Of a stretch of 64,000 bases of DNA, positions 28,466 to 38,948 are shown one piece after another (position 1 is the first letter of the stretch; each line of letters starts with the position of its first letter). Both the position numbers and the translations under genes were made by a program. Where the stretch lies: positions 544,001 to 608,000 of the forward strand of contig CAXXVD010000001.1 in the NCBI GenBank assembly GCA_963662335.2, in the 5' to 3' direction. Origin of the DNA: Chloroflexota bacterium. Lineage in GTDB: Bacteria > Chloroflexota > UBA11872 > VXOZ01. Below the pieces are notes generated by a model. That model ran no database searches. It saw nothing but the letters and a program-made list of their open reading frames with translations, and was not told where the DNA came from.

Positions 28466-29686
28466 CTAGCCCGCGGCGGCCGCCGCGCCGACCGTGCCGG
28501 CGACTTTCGCCATGCTCGCCTTGATGGAAGCGGCCACGTAGAGCACGTCGTCGTCGCTCATCAGCGGATGCAGCGACGGGCAAAAGAGGCGGCGGCCCAG
28601 GTCGGTGGATACCGGCACGTCCTCCGGCGTGTGGCCGAGCTTGTTCAGGATGGAATCGTAGTCCGGCAGCGCGGCGTTCATGACGCCGCTGCCCACGCCG
28701 TACTCGGACTGCATGATCTCATTCACCTTGTCGCGCGGCTCGCCGGCCCACTCCGGCGCCAGCATCACCGTGTAGCCGTACCACACGTGGTCGTAGCCGT
28801 CCGGCGTCTGCGGCACGATGACGCCGGGCGCGCCGGCGAGATGCTCCGAGAGCAGCAGCGCCCGGTCGCGCCGCAGGCCGTTCATCTCGTCAAGCCGCGC
28901 AAGCTGGATTCTGCCGGCCACGGCTTGCAGCTTGGTCAGGCGGTAGTTGCTGCCCCAGCCCTGCAGACCCCAGCCAAAGGAGCGGCTGCTGTTGATGTAG
29001 GCGGCGTAGTCGTCGTCATCGGTGGTCACCATGCCGCCTTCACCGAGCGTGGTCATGTTCTTGGTGGTCTGGAAGCTGAAGATATTCATCGCGCCTCTCT
29101 TGCCGACGCGCGTGCCCTTGTAGCCGCCGCCGGCCGCGCGCGCCGCGTCGCCAATCACCGGCGGCGGGCCGTGCACGGGATGCGGATGGCGCTCGGCAAT
29201 GTCGGTCAGCGCGTCCATGTCCGCGGAGAGGCCGTTGTTGTGCACCGGCAGGATGGCGCGGGTGTTGGCCGTCATGCGGCGTTCCACGTCATTGGGATCG
29301 ATGTTGAACGTGTCACCGTGGCACTCGGCCAGCACGACCTTCGCGCCCACGCCCACGACCGCCTGCGCGGTGGCAATATACGTAATGGCCGGCACGATTA
29401 CCTCGTCTTCCGGGCCGAGATTGAGGGCCTGCATCGCGCCGTCCAGGCCCGTGCCGCACGAATTCACGGCAAAGGCGTACTTGACGTCGCAGTACTCGGC
29501 GAACTCCCGCTCGAATTCAGAAATGTCGTTGCCGGTAAAGCCCACCTTCCAGTCCATGCTCTCGCGCAGCGCCTGCGTCAACGCCGCCACCTCTTCCTCG
29601 TTGTACCAGCCGCCCAGGGCCGGCAGAAAAGGCAGTTTCCGCTTTTCGCCGTTCAAGACCGCTTGTTCTTCACCAGTCAATGCCAT
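28466..29686 (-). CDS. DegT/DnrJ/EryC1/StrS PLP aminotransferase
   Basis: AVNSCGTGL, EVIVPAITY, FSFQTTKNMTTLGEGG, GSNYRL. Confidence 0.93.
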   Translation of the reverse strand: MALTGEEQAVLNGEKRKLPFLPALGGWYNEEEVAALTQALRESMDWKVGFTGNDISEFEREFAEYCDVKYAFAVNSCGTGLDGAMQALNLGPEDEVIVPAITYIATAQAVVGVGAKVVLAECHGDTFNIDPNDVERRMTANTRAILPVHNNGLSADMDALTDIAERHPHPVHGPPPVIGDAARAAGGGYKGTRVGKRGAMNIFSFQTTKNMTTLGEGGMVTTDDDDYAAYINSSRSFGWGLQGWGSNYRLTKLQAVAGRIQLARLDEMNGLRRDRALLLSEHLAGAPGVIVPQTPDGYDHVWYGYTVMLAPEWAGEPRDKVNEIMQSEYGVGSGVMNAALPDYDSILNKLGHTPEDVPVSTDLGRRLFCPSLHPLMSDDDVLYVAASIKASMAKVAGTVGAAAAAG

Positions 29687-29787
29687 GCTGTTGCTCCTTG
29701 TGTGAGGAATGCCGATTGGTCTACTTACGCTATACGATGCACCAAAAGTGAAGATTTGACAAGGAATGAGGTCGCGCGGCCATCAAA

Positions 29788-29896
29788 TGTCATTCCGAGC
29801 GCAGCGAGGAATCTAGTGCGTACATCCTCAGAGATTCACCGCAATAAGGGCATCGTGCTTTGCGCCAAGCGGCGCGGGACAAGCCCCCGCGCTACG
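29788..29896. repeat. REP family B (29788-29814) and family C (29872-29896)
   Basis: TGTCATTCCGAGCGCAGCGAGGAATCT; GGGACAAGCCCCCGCGCTACG. Confidence 0.8.
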
Positions 29897-29932
29897 CCAA
29901 GACGGCAGCACAGAGCAACCGCTTCCGGGCGC

Positions 29933-32599
29933 TCACCGCGCGGCGGTGATAGCTTCCCGCAGGAGTTGCGCGCCCTTGGCGAGGGCCGCATCCAACTTGG
30001 CCGGGTCGCGGCCGCCGGCCTGGGCGGATTCGGGACCGCCGCCGCCGCCGCCGCCGGCGGCTTGGCCGACGGCGCGCACCAGGTTGCCGGCGTGGACGCC
30101 GCCCGCAGTGAGGTCTTTGGTGGCCATGATGACGAACAGCGGGCGGTCGTTGAGGAGCGTGCCCAGCAGCAGCGCGCCGGAACCGCCGAGGCGGTCTTTC
30201 ACCCGGTCGCCAAGCTCGCGGAAGGTCTCCACGTTGGGCGCGTCCACCTTGCCAACGACGAGCAGCGCGCCGCCGATGTCCTCAGCCGTGCCGACGAGTT
30301 GCTCCACCTGCTGCCCCGCCTGGCCGCGTTCCAGGCGCGCAATCTGCCGCCGTTGCTGGGCGTTTTCCTCGCGCAGCGCGGCGGCGCGGGCCGCAAGCTC
30401 TTGCGGCGGCGTCTCCAGGGTGGCGGCAAGGTCGAGCAGCAGGGCGTTCTGCGCTTGCACGTGGCGCACGGCGGCCGCCCCGGTGAGCGCCTCGATACGG
30501 CGCAGTCCCGCGCCGACGCTGGATTCGCTTTGAATTACAAATAGCCCAATGGCGCCTGTAGCCGCCACGTGCGTGCCGCCGCAGAGTTCCTTGCTCGCGT
30601 CGCCGATGCTGAGCATGCGTACGGTCTCGCCGTACTTCTCGCCAAAGAGCGCCTGCGCGCCGGCGGCCACCGCCTCCGAGGTCTCCATGTGCGCTATCTC
30701 AGTCAAAAGATTTGCCTGCACATGGTCGTTCACGCGCCGCTCGACCTCGTCGATCTCTTGGCGCGTGAGGGCATCGGGATGGCCGAAGTCGAAGCGCAAG
30801 TGGTCCGGCGCGACCAGCGAGCCGGACTGCTGCACGTGGTCGCCGAGCAGATTGCGCAAAGCGGCGTGCAGCAGATGGGTCGCCGTGTGGTTGCGCGCGG
30901 TGTTGGCGCGGCGTTCCGCGTCTACGCTGGCCGTGACCGCAGCGTCGGCAAGCAGCGCGCCCGCTTCAACCCGGCCCTTGTGGACGATGAGTCCAGGCTG
31001 CGGCGAAAGCGTATCTTCCACGCGAAAGACGCCGCCGGCGCTCTCGATGCGCCCGGTATCGCCCACCTGCCCGCCGCCCTCGGCGTAGAAGGGCGTGCGG
31101 TCGAGGATGATCAGGCCCTCTTCGCCGGTCTCCAGCCGGCCGGCGCGCTCCTCGCCCTGCTGGATGCCAACGACCACGCCGGTATCGGTGGTCGTTTCGT
31201 AGCCGGTGAACGCGACACCGGCAAAGTCCGACGGCAGGTTCTGCACGATCTCGAATTGCGCGCTCTGGCGGCTGCGCTCCTGCTGCTCGCGCAGGGCCGC
31301 CTGGTAGGCGTCTTCATCTACGCCGATGCCGCGGCCGTCCGCGACTTCCCGCGTGAGTTCGATGGGAAAGCCGTATGAATCATGCAGCAGGAAGGCGTCC
31401 GCGCCGGAGAGCGTCTTGCCGCCGGTTTGCGCCGCATTGTCCAGCATAGTGGTGAGAATGGGCAGCCCCTGGCGCACGTTGCGCAGGAAGTTCTCCTCTT
31501 CCTGCGTAATCATGCGCAGGATGAAGTCCTGGCGGGCGGCCGTCTCCGGATACGCCCCACCCATCACCGCGATGACGGTCTCGCCCAGCGCCGCCAGCAT
31601 GGGTTCGCGGCGGCCAAGCAGGTAGACGTGGCGCATGGCGCGGCGGATCAAGCGCCGCAGCACGTAGCCGCGGCCGGCGTTGCCCGGCAGCACGCCGTCG
31701 CCAATCAGAAAGACGGCGGCGCGGGTGTGCTCGCAGATGATGCGGAGGCTCACGTCCTGCTCGGCGCGCGCGCCGTAGGCGCAGCCGAGCAATTCGGCGG
31801 CTTGTTGGACGAAAGGCAGGAACGCGTCCGTATCGTACGGCGTGGCGACCCCTTGCAGCGCCACGGCCCAGCGTTCCAAGCCGGCGCCGGTATCCACGCC
31901 CACGTTCGCCAAGGGCGTAAGCGCATCGGCGCGCAGGCCGCCGCCGCTGACGTCGGCATAGTATTGGTTGAAGACCAGGTTCCAGATTTCCAGGAAGCGG
32001 CCGCAGGGGCAGGCCGGGCCCAGGCAGTCGTGCCCGTCGGTGTTCGGCGCCAGTTCCAGGTGGATCTCCGAGCACGGCCCGCAGGGGCCGGCATCGCCGG
32101 TCGGCCCCCACCAGTTCTCGATCCAGCCCGGATAGCGCACGATGCGCTCCGGCGGCACGCCGACGGCCAGCCAGGCGCGCTCGGCGTCCTCATCGGGCCC
32201 CAGGTCGCCCTCGCCGCCGAATACCGTGGCCCACACCTGCTCTTTCTTGAAGGGAAAACGCTCGGTCACCAGTTGCCAGGCGAACGCGACCGCTTCTTCC
32301 TTGAAGTAATCGCCAAAGGCAAAGTTGCCCAGCATCTCGAAGAGCGTCAGGTGCGACTGGTCGCCCACCTCTTCGATGTCGTCGGTGCGCAGGCACTTCT
32401 GCACGGTGGCGATGCGCGGGCGCGGCGGCTCGGCCAGGCCAAGGTAGTAGTCCTTGAACTGCTGCATACCGGCGCTTGTCAGCAAGACGCTGGGATCGCC
32501 CTGGGGAATGAGCGACGACCCCGGCATGACCAGGTGGTCTTTTTCCGCGAAATAGTCGAGATAGCGTTGGCGGATTTCATCGGTGCGCACGGTATTCAA
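29933..32599 (-). CDS. alaS: Alanine--tRNA ligase
   Basis: HLTLFEMLGNF, GPCGPCSEI, VDTGAGLER, NHTATHLLH, ELCGGTH, GGGGG DHHA1 tail. Confidence 0.98.
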   Translation of the reverse strand: MNTVRTDEIRQRYLDYFAEKDHLVMPGSSLIPQGDPSVLLTSAGMQQFKDYYLGLAEPPRPRIATVQKCLRTDDIEEVGDQSHLTLFEMLGNFAFGDYFKEEAVAFAWQLVTERFPFKKEQVWATVFGGEGDLGPDEDAERAWLAVGVPPERIVRYPGWIENWWGPTGDAGPCGPCSEIHLELAPNTDGHDCLGPACPCGRFLEIWNLVFNQYYADVSGGGLRADALTPLANVGVDTGAGLERWAVALQGVATPYDTDAFLPFVQQAAELLGCAYGARAEQDVSLRIICEHTRAAVFLIGDGVLPGNAGRGYVLRRLIRRAMRHVYLLGRREPMLAALGETVIAVMGGAYPETAARQDFILRMITQEEENFLRNVRQGLPILTTMLDNAAQTGGKTLSGADAFLLHDSYGFPIELTREVADGRGIGVDEDAYQAALREQQERSRQSAQFEIVQNLPSDFAGVAFTGYETTTDTGVVVGIQQGEERAGRLETGEEGLIILDRTPFYAEGGGQVGDTGRIESAGGVFRVEDTLSPQPGLIVHKGRVEAGALLADAAVTASVDAERRANTARNHTATHLLHAALRNLLGDHVQQSGSLVAPDHLRFDFGHPDALTRQEIDEVERRVNDHVQANLLTEIAHMETSEAVAAGAQALFGEKYGETVRMLSIGDASKELCGGTHVAATGAIGLFVIQSESSVGAGLRRIEALTGAAAVRHVQAQNALLLDLAATLETPPQELAARAAALREENAQQRRQIARLERGQAGQQVEQLVGTAEDIGGALLVVGKVDAPNVETFRELGDRVKDRLGGSGALLLGTLLNDRPLFVIMATKDLTAGGVHAGNLVRAVGQAAGGGGGGGPESAQAGGRDPAKLDAALAKGAQLLREAITAAR

Positions 32600-32813
32600 T
32601 GCCTCACAAAGTGCTCAGGAATCGCCGCGTAGCGGCGAGTTTTGGGTAGTAATCCTATTGTAGCGAATGTTGGCGGAATCGGCAGGTTGCAGCGCGGAGG
32701 CGAGCATGAACCGTGGGCTTGCGCGGGCGCCTTCTCTTGACACACTGCGTAGCGGCTGTCGTAGCATTGAGGAAATGGGCTTTAGGCCTTAAGGAATTCC
32801 TAGAGAGCATACC

Positions 32814-33071
32814 ATGCGCATCTATGAGACTCAGTTGACCCAGAAGGGCCAAGTGACAATCCCGGCCGGGATACGAGTGCGATTGGGCATCGAGCCGGGA
32901 GACGTCGTGCGGTTTGTGGCAACGGCGGAGGGTGTGCGTATGCTTTCTGCGCAATCCCCAGTTGATCGGCACTTTGGCGCGGCGGCGGTCTCGGGCAAGA
33001 CCCTATCGTGGCGTGAAGAACGGGCTGCCTTCGAAGAATGGGTAGCCAACGACGCCGACGTAGAGGCGTGA
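32814..33071 (+). CDS. AbrB/MazE/SpoVT DNA-binding protein (antitoxin-like), no adjacent toxin
   Basis: TQKGQVTIPAGIRVRLGIEPGD. Confidence 0.88.
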   Translation: MRIYETQLTQKGQVTIPAGIRVRLGIEPGDVVRFVATAEGVRMLSAQSPVDRHFGAAAVSGKTLSWREERAAFEEWVANDADVEA

Positions 33072-33156
33072 CATGTAGAACGGCCCCGCGCGGACAGCGC
33101 GGTTGCAGTCGGGCCCCACCAGGTCTGCGCAGGTTGAAAACCTACGCTACCGGGAA

Positions 33157-34869
33157 TCAGTCCCGAGGTATCACCGGCAGTGTGATGCGCGAGGGGTGGA
33201 CGGCGTCGTGGAGCACGGTTTGGCGGGCGGTGACCATATTCGCGTCCGCGTAGCCGTCGCCGCCGGTGTTCAGGTTGCGGTCCCAATTGGGGAAATCGCT
33301 GCTGGTTACGTCCAGGCGCAGGCGGTGGCCGGGTTGGAAGACGTTGGCGATGGGGTTCAGGGCAATGGTGAACTCGTAGACCTGTCCCGGCGTGAGCAGT
33401 TGCGGCGCGGCGTAGCCGTTGCGGTAGCGGGCGCGCACGACGCCGTAGCAGAGGTTTTGCGCAAAGCCGTTGGGGTGCACGTCTACGAGTTTTGCCATGA
33501 AGTCGGTATCCACGGCGCTGGAAGCCGCGAACAAGCGCACAGTAGGTTCACCCGTAACCTCCAACGGCGCTGACAGCGGTTCGGTCTGGTAGACCAGCAC
33601 GTCCCGGCGCGAATCCAGTACCCGTTGGTCGAAAACGCCGTCCTGGTCGTGCATCAGGTGCACGGAGGGCACCGGATCGCGGGGATCGTAGACGAATTGA
33701 TCCGGCGTTTCTTCAACTGACCGAGCGGGAGAAAGACTGCCGTCACCCTGGGGCGTCTGCGCGGCGCCGCCGCTGTGCAGGAAGTAGTCGGTGTATTGGG
33801 TACGCGCCAGCGGCCACTCTTGCTCGTCGCGCCAAACGTTGTCACCCAGGATATAGAGCCGGATCGGCCCCTCGTCCATGATGCCGGTCTCGCGGCCCTT
33901 CAGCCAGTAGTCGAACCAGCGCAGCAGCAGGTCGGTCTGCTCCAACTGGCCGTCCGGCCCAAAGTCCAGTTCGCCTTCGTAGGCGTGCAGCGCGCTCGTG
34001 TGCCCCCAGGGGCCGATCATCGCGCGCTGCCCGGCGCGGGCCGCCGGCGTAGCGGCCTGTTGCGCCATCAGGGTATAGCCGTCGATGGCGCGCACGAAGC
34101 GGTCGTACCAACCCGCGCGGTGGAAGACCGGCACGCGCACGTCAGGGTAGCGGTCTTGCCACTGGAAGGTGTCCACACCCGCTTCGGTCATCAGCACACG
34201 GTAGTGCGCCGCCTGCTCAGGGCCGCCGAACTGCTCAGCGGGAATGTCCTTGCGCGGCAGAAACCAGAGCCACTTGTGGCGTTCGCGCTCCCAGAGTTGG
34301 TCCGCCGTCTCCTTGTCGTGCGTGCCGGCCAGGCCTTTCTTGCGGCGAATGTCCGGCGCGATGGTGCACATGGACCAGGCGAAGCGGCGGCCGGGACGGA
34401 AGTGCGGTTCGAAGTCGGTCAACCGCTGGGTCATGCCCTCGGCAAAGACGCAGCGCAGGCTGGGGGCCGCGCTGAACGCGGCGCAATATGAGGTGAAGCC
34501 GCCGTAAGAATTGCCGAAGATGCCCACCTCGCCGGTCGTATCCGGCAGGCGCGCGCACCACTCCACCGAATCGTAGCCGTCCTCGACGTCGGGATAGCCA
34601 AAGGCGAAGAGCGGCGTAAACTCGCCGTCCGAGGCGTAGCGCCCGCGCACGTCCTGCGCCACCACCACGTAGCCGGCCGCGGCCAGGGCTTCTTCGGTCG
34701 GCGACGGGCTGCCGTCCAGCGTGCTCTTGTTATACGGCGTGCGGGTGAGAATAACCGGAAACGGCCCGTCCGCTTGCGGGCGGTAGACGTCCGCGCGGAG
34801 CGTGACGCCGTCGCGCATGGGGACGGCAACGTCTGATTCCATCTGAACGTTGTACGGCGGTGCGGCCAT
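33157..34869 (-). CDS. CocE/NonD family hydrolase (peptidase S15)
   Basis: MRDGVTLRADVY, RTPY, QDVRGRYASDG, GNSYGG nucleophile, GWYD, GPWGH. Confidence 0.94.
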   Translation of the reverse strand: MAAPPYNVQMESDVAVPMRDGVTLRADVYRPQADGPFPVILTRTPYNKSTLDGSPSPTEEALAAAGYVVVAQDVRGRYASDGEFTPLFAFGYPDVEDGYDSVEWCARLPDTTGEVGIFGNSYGGFTSYCAAFSAAPSLRCVFAEGMTQRLTDFEPHFRPGRRFAWSMCTIAPDIRRKKGLAGTHDKETADQLWERERHKWLWFLPRKDIPAEQFGGPEQAAHYRVLMTEAGVDTFQWQDRYPDVRVPVFHRAGWYDRFVRAIDGYTLMAQQAATPAARAGQRAMIGPWGHTSALHAYEGELDFGPDGQLEQTDLLLRWFDYWLKGRETGIMDEGPIRLYILGDNVWRDEQEWPLARTQYTDYFLHSGGAAQTPQGDGSLSPARSVEETPDQFVYDPRDPVPSVHLMHDQDGVFDQRVLDSRRDVLVYQTEPLSAPLEVTGEPTVRLFAASSAVDTDFMAKLVDVHPNGFAQNLCYGVVRARYRNGYAAPQLLTPGQVYEFTIALNPIANVFQPGHRLRLDVTSSDFPNWDRNLNTGGDGYADANMVTARQTVLHDAVHPSRITLPVIPRD

Positions 34870-35028
34870 GGGGTGTTTCCTCGCTGCTGAAGGTCGATTG
34901 ACGTGAGCGGCGGCGTGTTTCCGGTTGTTTACCGGGTTCAAGGCTCAATGATATAGTAGATAAGCCTCACGTCCAACCCGCGCACGGCGACTGCCGTCCT
35001 CACCTCCGCGCACTACGCGAGCGCCGCC

Positions 35029-35691
35029 ATGAAGCTTTCTATCCTGATTCCCGTCTACAACGAACGCGATACCATCCGCGCCGTCCTGGAGCGGGTGGAG
35101 GCCGTGCCGCTGGAGAAGGAAATCATCGTCGTGGACGACGGCTCGACGGACGGCACGCGGGAGGCGTTGGAATCGCTGCGGGACGAGCGCTTTCACCTCA
35201 TCTTCCACCCGGAGAACGAGGGCAAGGGCGCGGCCATTCGCACGGCGCTGACGGCGGCAACCGGCGACGTGGTGGTCTTCCAGGACGCCGATCTGGAGTA
35301 CGACCCGGCGGACTTCGCGGCCATGTTGGAACCGATCGCGCGGGGCGAGGCCAAAGTGGTCTACGGCGTGCGTTCCCTGCACCGCCAGGAGTCCATCCGC
35401 CGCCTGGGCAACCTCTTCCTTTCCCAGGTAACGCGGCTGCTCTTCCGCGTGCCGCTGCACGACATGGAGACCTGCTACAAGATGATGGCCAGAGAGGTTG
35501 TGGCGCAGTTTACGCTCGAGTCGACCGGGTTCGAAATGGAGCCGGAAATCACGGCCAAGATCCTCAAGCGAGGCTACACGATCGTGGAAACGCCGATTTC
35601 CTACGCGCCGCGCCGCGAGCGCAAGCTGAACATGTGGACCGACGGCCCGCGTGCCCTCTGGACTCTGCTGAAGTACGCCCTCCTGGGCTAA
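35029..35691 (+). CDS. GT2 glycosyltransferase (DPM1/polyprenol-phosphate sugar synthase-like)
   Basis: IPVYNE, VDDGSTDGT, NEGKGAA, QDADLEYDP, DMETCYK. Confidence 0.93.
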   Translation: MKLSILIPVYNERDTIRAVLERVEAVPLEKEIIVVDDGSTDGTREALESLRDERFHLIFHPENEGKGAAIRTALTAATGDVVVFQDADLEYDPADFAAMLEPIARGEAKVVYGVRSLHRQESIRRLGNLFLSQVTRLLFRVPLHDMETCYKMMAREVVAQFTLESTGFEMEPEITAKILKRGYTIVETPISYAPRRERKLNMWTDGPRALWTLLKYALLG

Positions 35692-35767
35692 GGCCCGCCG
35701 CGCGTCCAGAAGATTGACAATTGCGGCTTGCAACGTGTGGTACACTAATCGGTGGTGGCCCTATTGC

Positions 35768-35865
35768 TGTCATTCCGAGCGCAGCGAGGAATCTAATGCG
35801 TAACGCGGGGGCTTGTCTCTCGCTCGCATTGGACTTTCAGCGTAGCGCGGGGGCTTGTCCCCCGC
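35768..35865. repeat. REP family B (35768-35794) and two family-C copies (35799-35823, 35841-35865)
   Basis: Direct match to the motifs seen elsewhere. Confidence 0.8.
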
Positions 35866-35927
35866 CGATGGCCAATAGGGCAGCGCAGCCTGGCCTCACG
35901 ACGATTCTTCAGCGTTAGGGGCGAACC

Positions 35928-37259
35928 ATGACGCGGCGAGAGTTGCTACGCGCGGGAAACGGCCTTGCGGGCGCGGCGGCGGTCTTGCGCGGCGCGCCGT
36001 TGCTGGCGTGCGGCCAGCGCGGCCCGGACGCGCCCACGCCGGTGCCGGAAGACGTCACCGTTACCATGGCCGTGCGCGCCGGCGAGCGGGTGCAAGCGGT
36101 GTTGGAGAAGGCCCTGCCCGCCGTCCGGTACGGCTTTGCGCCCGGCGCCGTCAGCGGGATGCCGACTATCCGGGAGATTCCGATTGTCGCCACGGCCGGG
36201 CGCTCGTTCGCCGCCGGCGTGCGCCAGCGGGCCGCGGCCGGTGAAGCGCCCGACGTGGTCTGGTTCAGCCAGCGCGACGACCTGCCGGCGGTCTTGCGCG
36301 GCGACCTGCTGCGGCCGCTCAACCCGTTTCTCGATAACGACCCCGACAACACGCTCAAGGGCTACCATCCCGAATCGCTGCGCGCCTTGCGGTATTGGGG
36401 GCGGCAGATGGCGTTGCCCGCCGCGCTGGGCACGCTGGCGGTGCGGTGCGACACCGACGCGCTCTTTGCCCGCCACGTCGCGTTGCCGCAATCGCGCTGG
36501 ACGTGGGCTGAGTTTTCCGCCACGGCCGCCGCGCTCACCCACCCCGCGAACGGCGGCACGGTATGGGGCTTTGGCGCCACCGCCTTTCCCGCGTGGCTGC
36601 TCTTCATCGTGGGCGCGGGCGGGCGCGCGGCGGACCTGGACGCCGGCGCAACCGGCCTCGATCAGCCTGATGCCCGGGTGGGCCTGCAATTCTGGCTGGA
36701 CCTCGCCCAGCAACATCATGCGCTGGAGGGCGGCACGCGCCAAACTTTGGAAAGCGTCCTGCAGCGGCGGACGGGCGGATCGCGCGCGCCGCTGCGCTTG
36801 TCGCTCATCAACTGGCAGAATGAAGAACCGGCGTCCTGGCCGTTCGTCTACGTGGGGCCGCCGCGCGGGCCGGCCCAGTCCGTGCCGCTGCTCGTGAGCG
36901 ACATGGTTGGCGTCAGCGCCCAGGGCGGCGATCCGGCGGCGGCCTACGCCGTCGCCAAGCCGCTGGCCGCGCAACTGGGTTCCAACTTGCTGGTGCCGCC
37001 GCGCAACAACGCAATCGAGTTCATCCGCCGTCCCGACCGCAGGCACGCGGACCTGGCGCTGGGACTGGACCGCGCCGACGTGGTGCTGCGCAGCCTCTCC
37101 TATAGCGTGGGCACGACGCTTTCCCTGTATAATGATCTAGGGTTGACGTTGACGGAAGAGATGGCGCTGCCCGCGCTGGGCGGCCGCCTGGCCCCCGCCG
37201 CCGCGTTGGAACGCGGCGCGGCCGTAGTGCGGGAGTGGCTCGGCCCGCCGCCGCGGTAG
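35928..37259 (+). CDS. Extracellular solute-binding lipoprotein (sugar SBP family), Tat-type signal
   Basis: MTRRELL, LLAC lipobox, GEAPDV, LRPLNPF, WTWAEF, WGF. Confidence 0.8.
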   Translation: MTRRELLRAGNGLAGAAAVLRGAPLLACGQRGPDAPTPVPEDVTVTMAVRAGERVQAVLEKALPAVRYGFAPGAVSGMPTIREIPIVATAGRSFAAGVRQRAAAGEAPDVVWFSQRDDLPAVLRGDLLRPLNPFLDNDPDNTLKGYHPESLRALRYWGRQMALPAALGTLAVRCDTDALFARHVALPQSRWTWAEFSATAAALTHPANGGTVWGFGATAFPAWLLFIVGAGGRAADLDAGATGLDQPDARVGLQFWLDLAQQHHALEGGTRQTLESVLQRRTGGSRAPLRLSLINWQNEEPASWPFVYVGPPRGPAQSVPLLVSDMVGVSAQGGDPAAAYAVAKPLAAQLGSNLLVPPRNNAIEFIRRPDRRHADLALGLDRADVVLRSLSYSVGTTLSLYNDLGLTLTEEMALPALGGRLAPAAALERGAAVVREWLGPPPR

Positions 37260-37334
37260 GCAGGGGCATGGACGAAGAAGACATGTGTGTGAGTCTGGGC
37301 AATTCGCGGTGTAGCCGGACATGAGCGCCAAGAA

Positions 37335-37378
37335 GCGGGGGACAAGCCCCCGCGCTACGGCTTCGACAAACTCAGGGG
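37335..37378. repeat. REP family C plus partial family F
   Basis: GCGGGGGACAAGCCCCCGCGCTACG then CTTCGACAAACTCAG; another C copy at 38884-38908. Confidence 0.75.
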
Positions 37379-37403
37379 CGGGTTTGCGCATAGTGAGGAA
37401 ACG

Positions 37404-38816
37404 ATGACGCGACGTGAGTACATGGGAGCGCTGGCGGCCGTGTGCTGCGGCGCGCTGGCGCTGGCCGCGTGCGGCGGCGGGCCGGGGCGCGCCCCGGCGC
37501 GGCCCGAACTGGAAGGCAAAGCGCCGTTCCAGGATGCGCCGCGCGGCTCCGGCGGCAGCCAGTCGGCCGAGCCGGTCACCCTCACGTTCGCCTTCATGTC
37601 GCGCTTGGCGGGCATCTCTACCCAAGCCAACAATACCATCAGCGCCTGGCACGATGAGCGCATCGACGGCCCCACTCCGCGTTCCCAGTTGGAGGCCGTA
37701 GAGATTCGCCGGCCCAGCGGCAAATCGTGGCGCGACGCCTTTTGGGAGTTCGTGGTGGCGCGGGACGCCGCCGGTGTCCCGCTGGACGTCGCCTGGATGC
37801 ACGCCGCCCTGGATTTCCCCCGCGCCTTCACGCACCAGATTCTCTCACCGCTGGACCGCTACGCCAAGACCGACGAGAGCGAACTCCTCGACTCCTTTGT
37901 GCCGAACGCCCTGCAACTAGCCCGCTACCAGCGCCAGCTCATGGCCGTGCCGGTTGCCGTGCTGCCGGCCATGGTGATGTACAACGGCGCGAAGTTCGAC
38001 GAGTTCAAGGTTGCGCCGCCGCAGACCGGCTGGAATCGCGAGGACTTCGTCTTCACCGCCAAGTCGTTGACCCGCGACCTGGACGGCGACGCGGCCATAG
38101 ATTTCTGGGGGTACGCCGAGTGGAGCGTCCCCGGCTGGCTGCCGTTCGTGCTGCAGGAGGGCGGCGACGCCGTTGACTTGGATACCGGCGCCATCAAGAT
38201 CACCGAGCGGCCGGCGTTGCGCGGCCTGCGCTTCTGGCAAGACATCGGCCGCCGGCACCAGGCGATGCCCCACGGCCCGGACATCGATTCCAATGCCCTG
38301 CGCGGCACCGTGAACGGCCAGCGCTTGCAAGCGGCGATGATCTTTACGCCGTTCTTTGCGCGCCCCCGCGCGGACCGGATGCATGCCGTAATCCCGAAGG
38401 ACGACCGGGGCGGCACGCCGCTGGGTCTGCAAGAGGCGCTGGTGATGCCCGCCGGCAGCCAGTACGGCGACGCGGGCTACGCTACCATGCTCCGCCTCGC
38501 CCATCATATCGGACAGACGCGCTTGGTGCCGGCCGTTGCCGAGGCGCAGGGATTCATTGCCAAACCCACCGGCCAACACTCATCACTGCTCTTGGAGCCG
38601 GCGGCGCGCGACGTGCTGCTGGACCTCCTGGTGCACAGCGTGCCGAGCCACCTGGCAACGGGCACGGTACTAAGCTGGCAGTTCTTTAGCAACCTCACGC
38701 TGCCCCTGGCGCGCGGCCAAATCTCAGTCGAGGAGGCGGCGCAGAACACCCAGGCGGCGATCGAGGAATACCTCACCCCCAAGCCGCCGCCAACGCCGGT
38801 ACCGGAGCAGGCGTAG
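37404..38816 (+). CDS. Extracellular solute-binding lipoprotein (sugar SBP family), Tat-type signal
   Basis: MTRREYM, LAAC lipobox, LSPLDRY, MYN, WNREDF, DLDGD..IDFWG. Confidence 0.82.
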   Translation: MTRREYMGALAAVCCGALALAACGGGPGRAPARPELEGKAPFQDAPRGSGGSQSAEPVTLTFAFMSRLAGISTQANNTISAWHDERIDGPTPRSQLEAVEIRRPSGKSWRDAFWEFVVARDAAGVPLDVAWMHAALDFPRAFTHQILSPLDRYAKTDESELLDSFVPNALQLARYQRQLMAVPVAVLPAMVMYNGAKFDEFKVAPPQTGWNREDFVFTAKSLTRDLDGDAAIDFWGYAEWSVPGWLPFVLQEGGDAVDLDTGAIKITERPALRGLRFWQDIGRRHQAMPHGPDIDSNALRGTVNGQRLQAAMIFTPFFARPRADRMHAVIPKDDRGGTPLGLQEALVMPAGSQYGDAGYATMLRLAHHIGQTRLVPAVAEAQGFIAKPTGQHSSLLLEPAARDVLLDLLVHSVPSHLATGTVLSWQFFSNLTLPLARGQISVEEAAQNTQAAIEEYLTPKPPPTPVPEQA

Positions 38817-38948
38817 CCCCATCGTGGTTGCCGGATGCGGCGCGGGCGTCGGGGCTGTTCATGCTCGCCATTGCGGCGAAGAGGCGGGGGACAAGCCCCC
38901 GCGCTACGAGTTGCCGATCGGCCCTGGATCTGGCGTCGGTGCGGGCGT

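Noticed and set aside
28412-30544. Long antisense/shadow ORFs (e.g. 28412-30544, 41224-43533, 46939-49302, 31382-32632)
   Set aside because: They overlap well-supported genes, are Arg/Ala/Gly-rich without motifs, and are expected in high-GC DNA.
32600-32813. T-box leader upstream of alaS
   Set aside because: No T-box consensus or terminator is visible, and the -10-like TACAAT lies close to the start.
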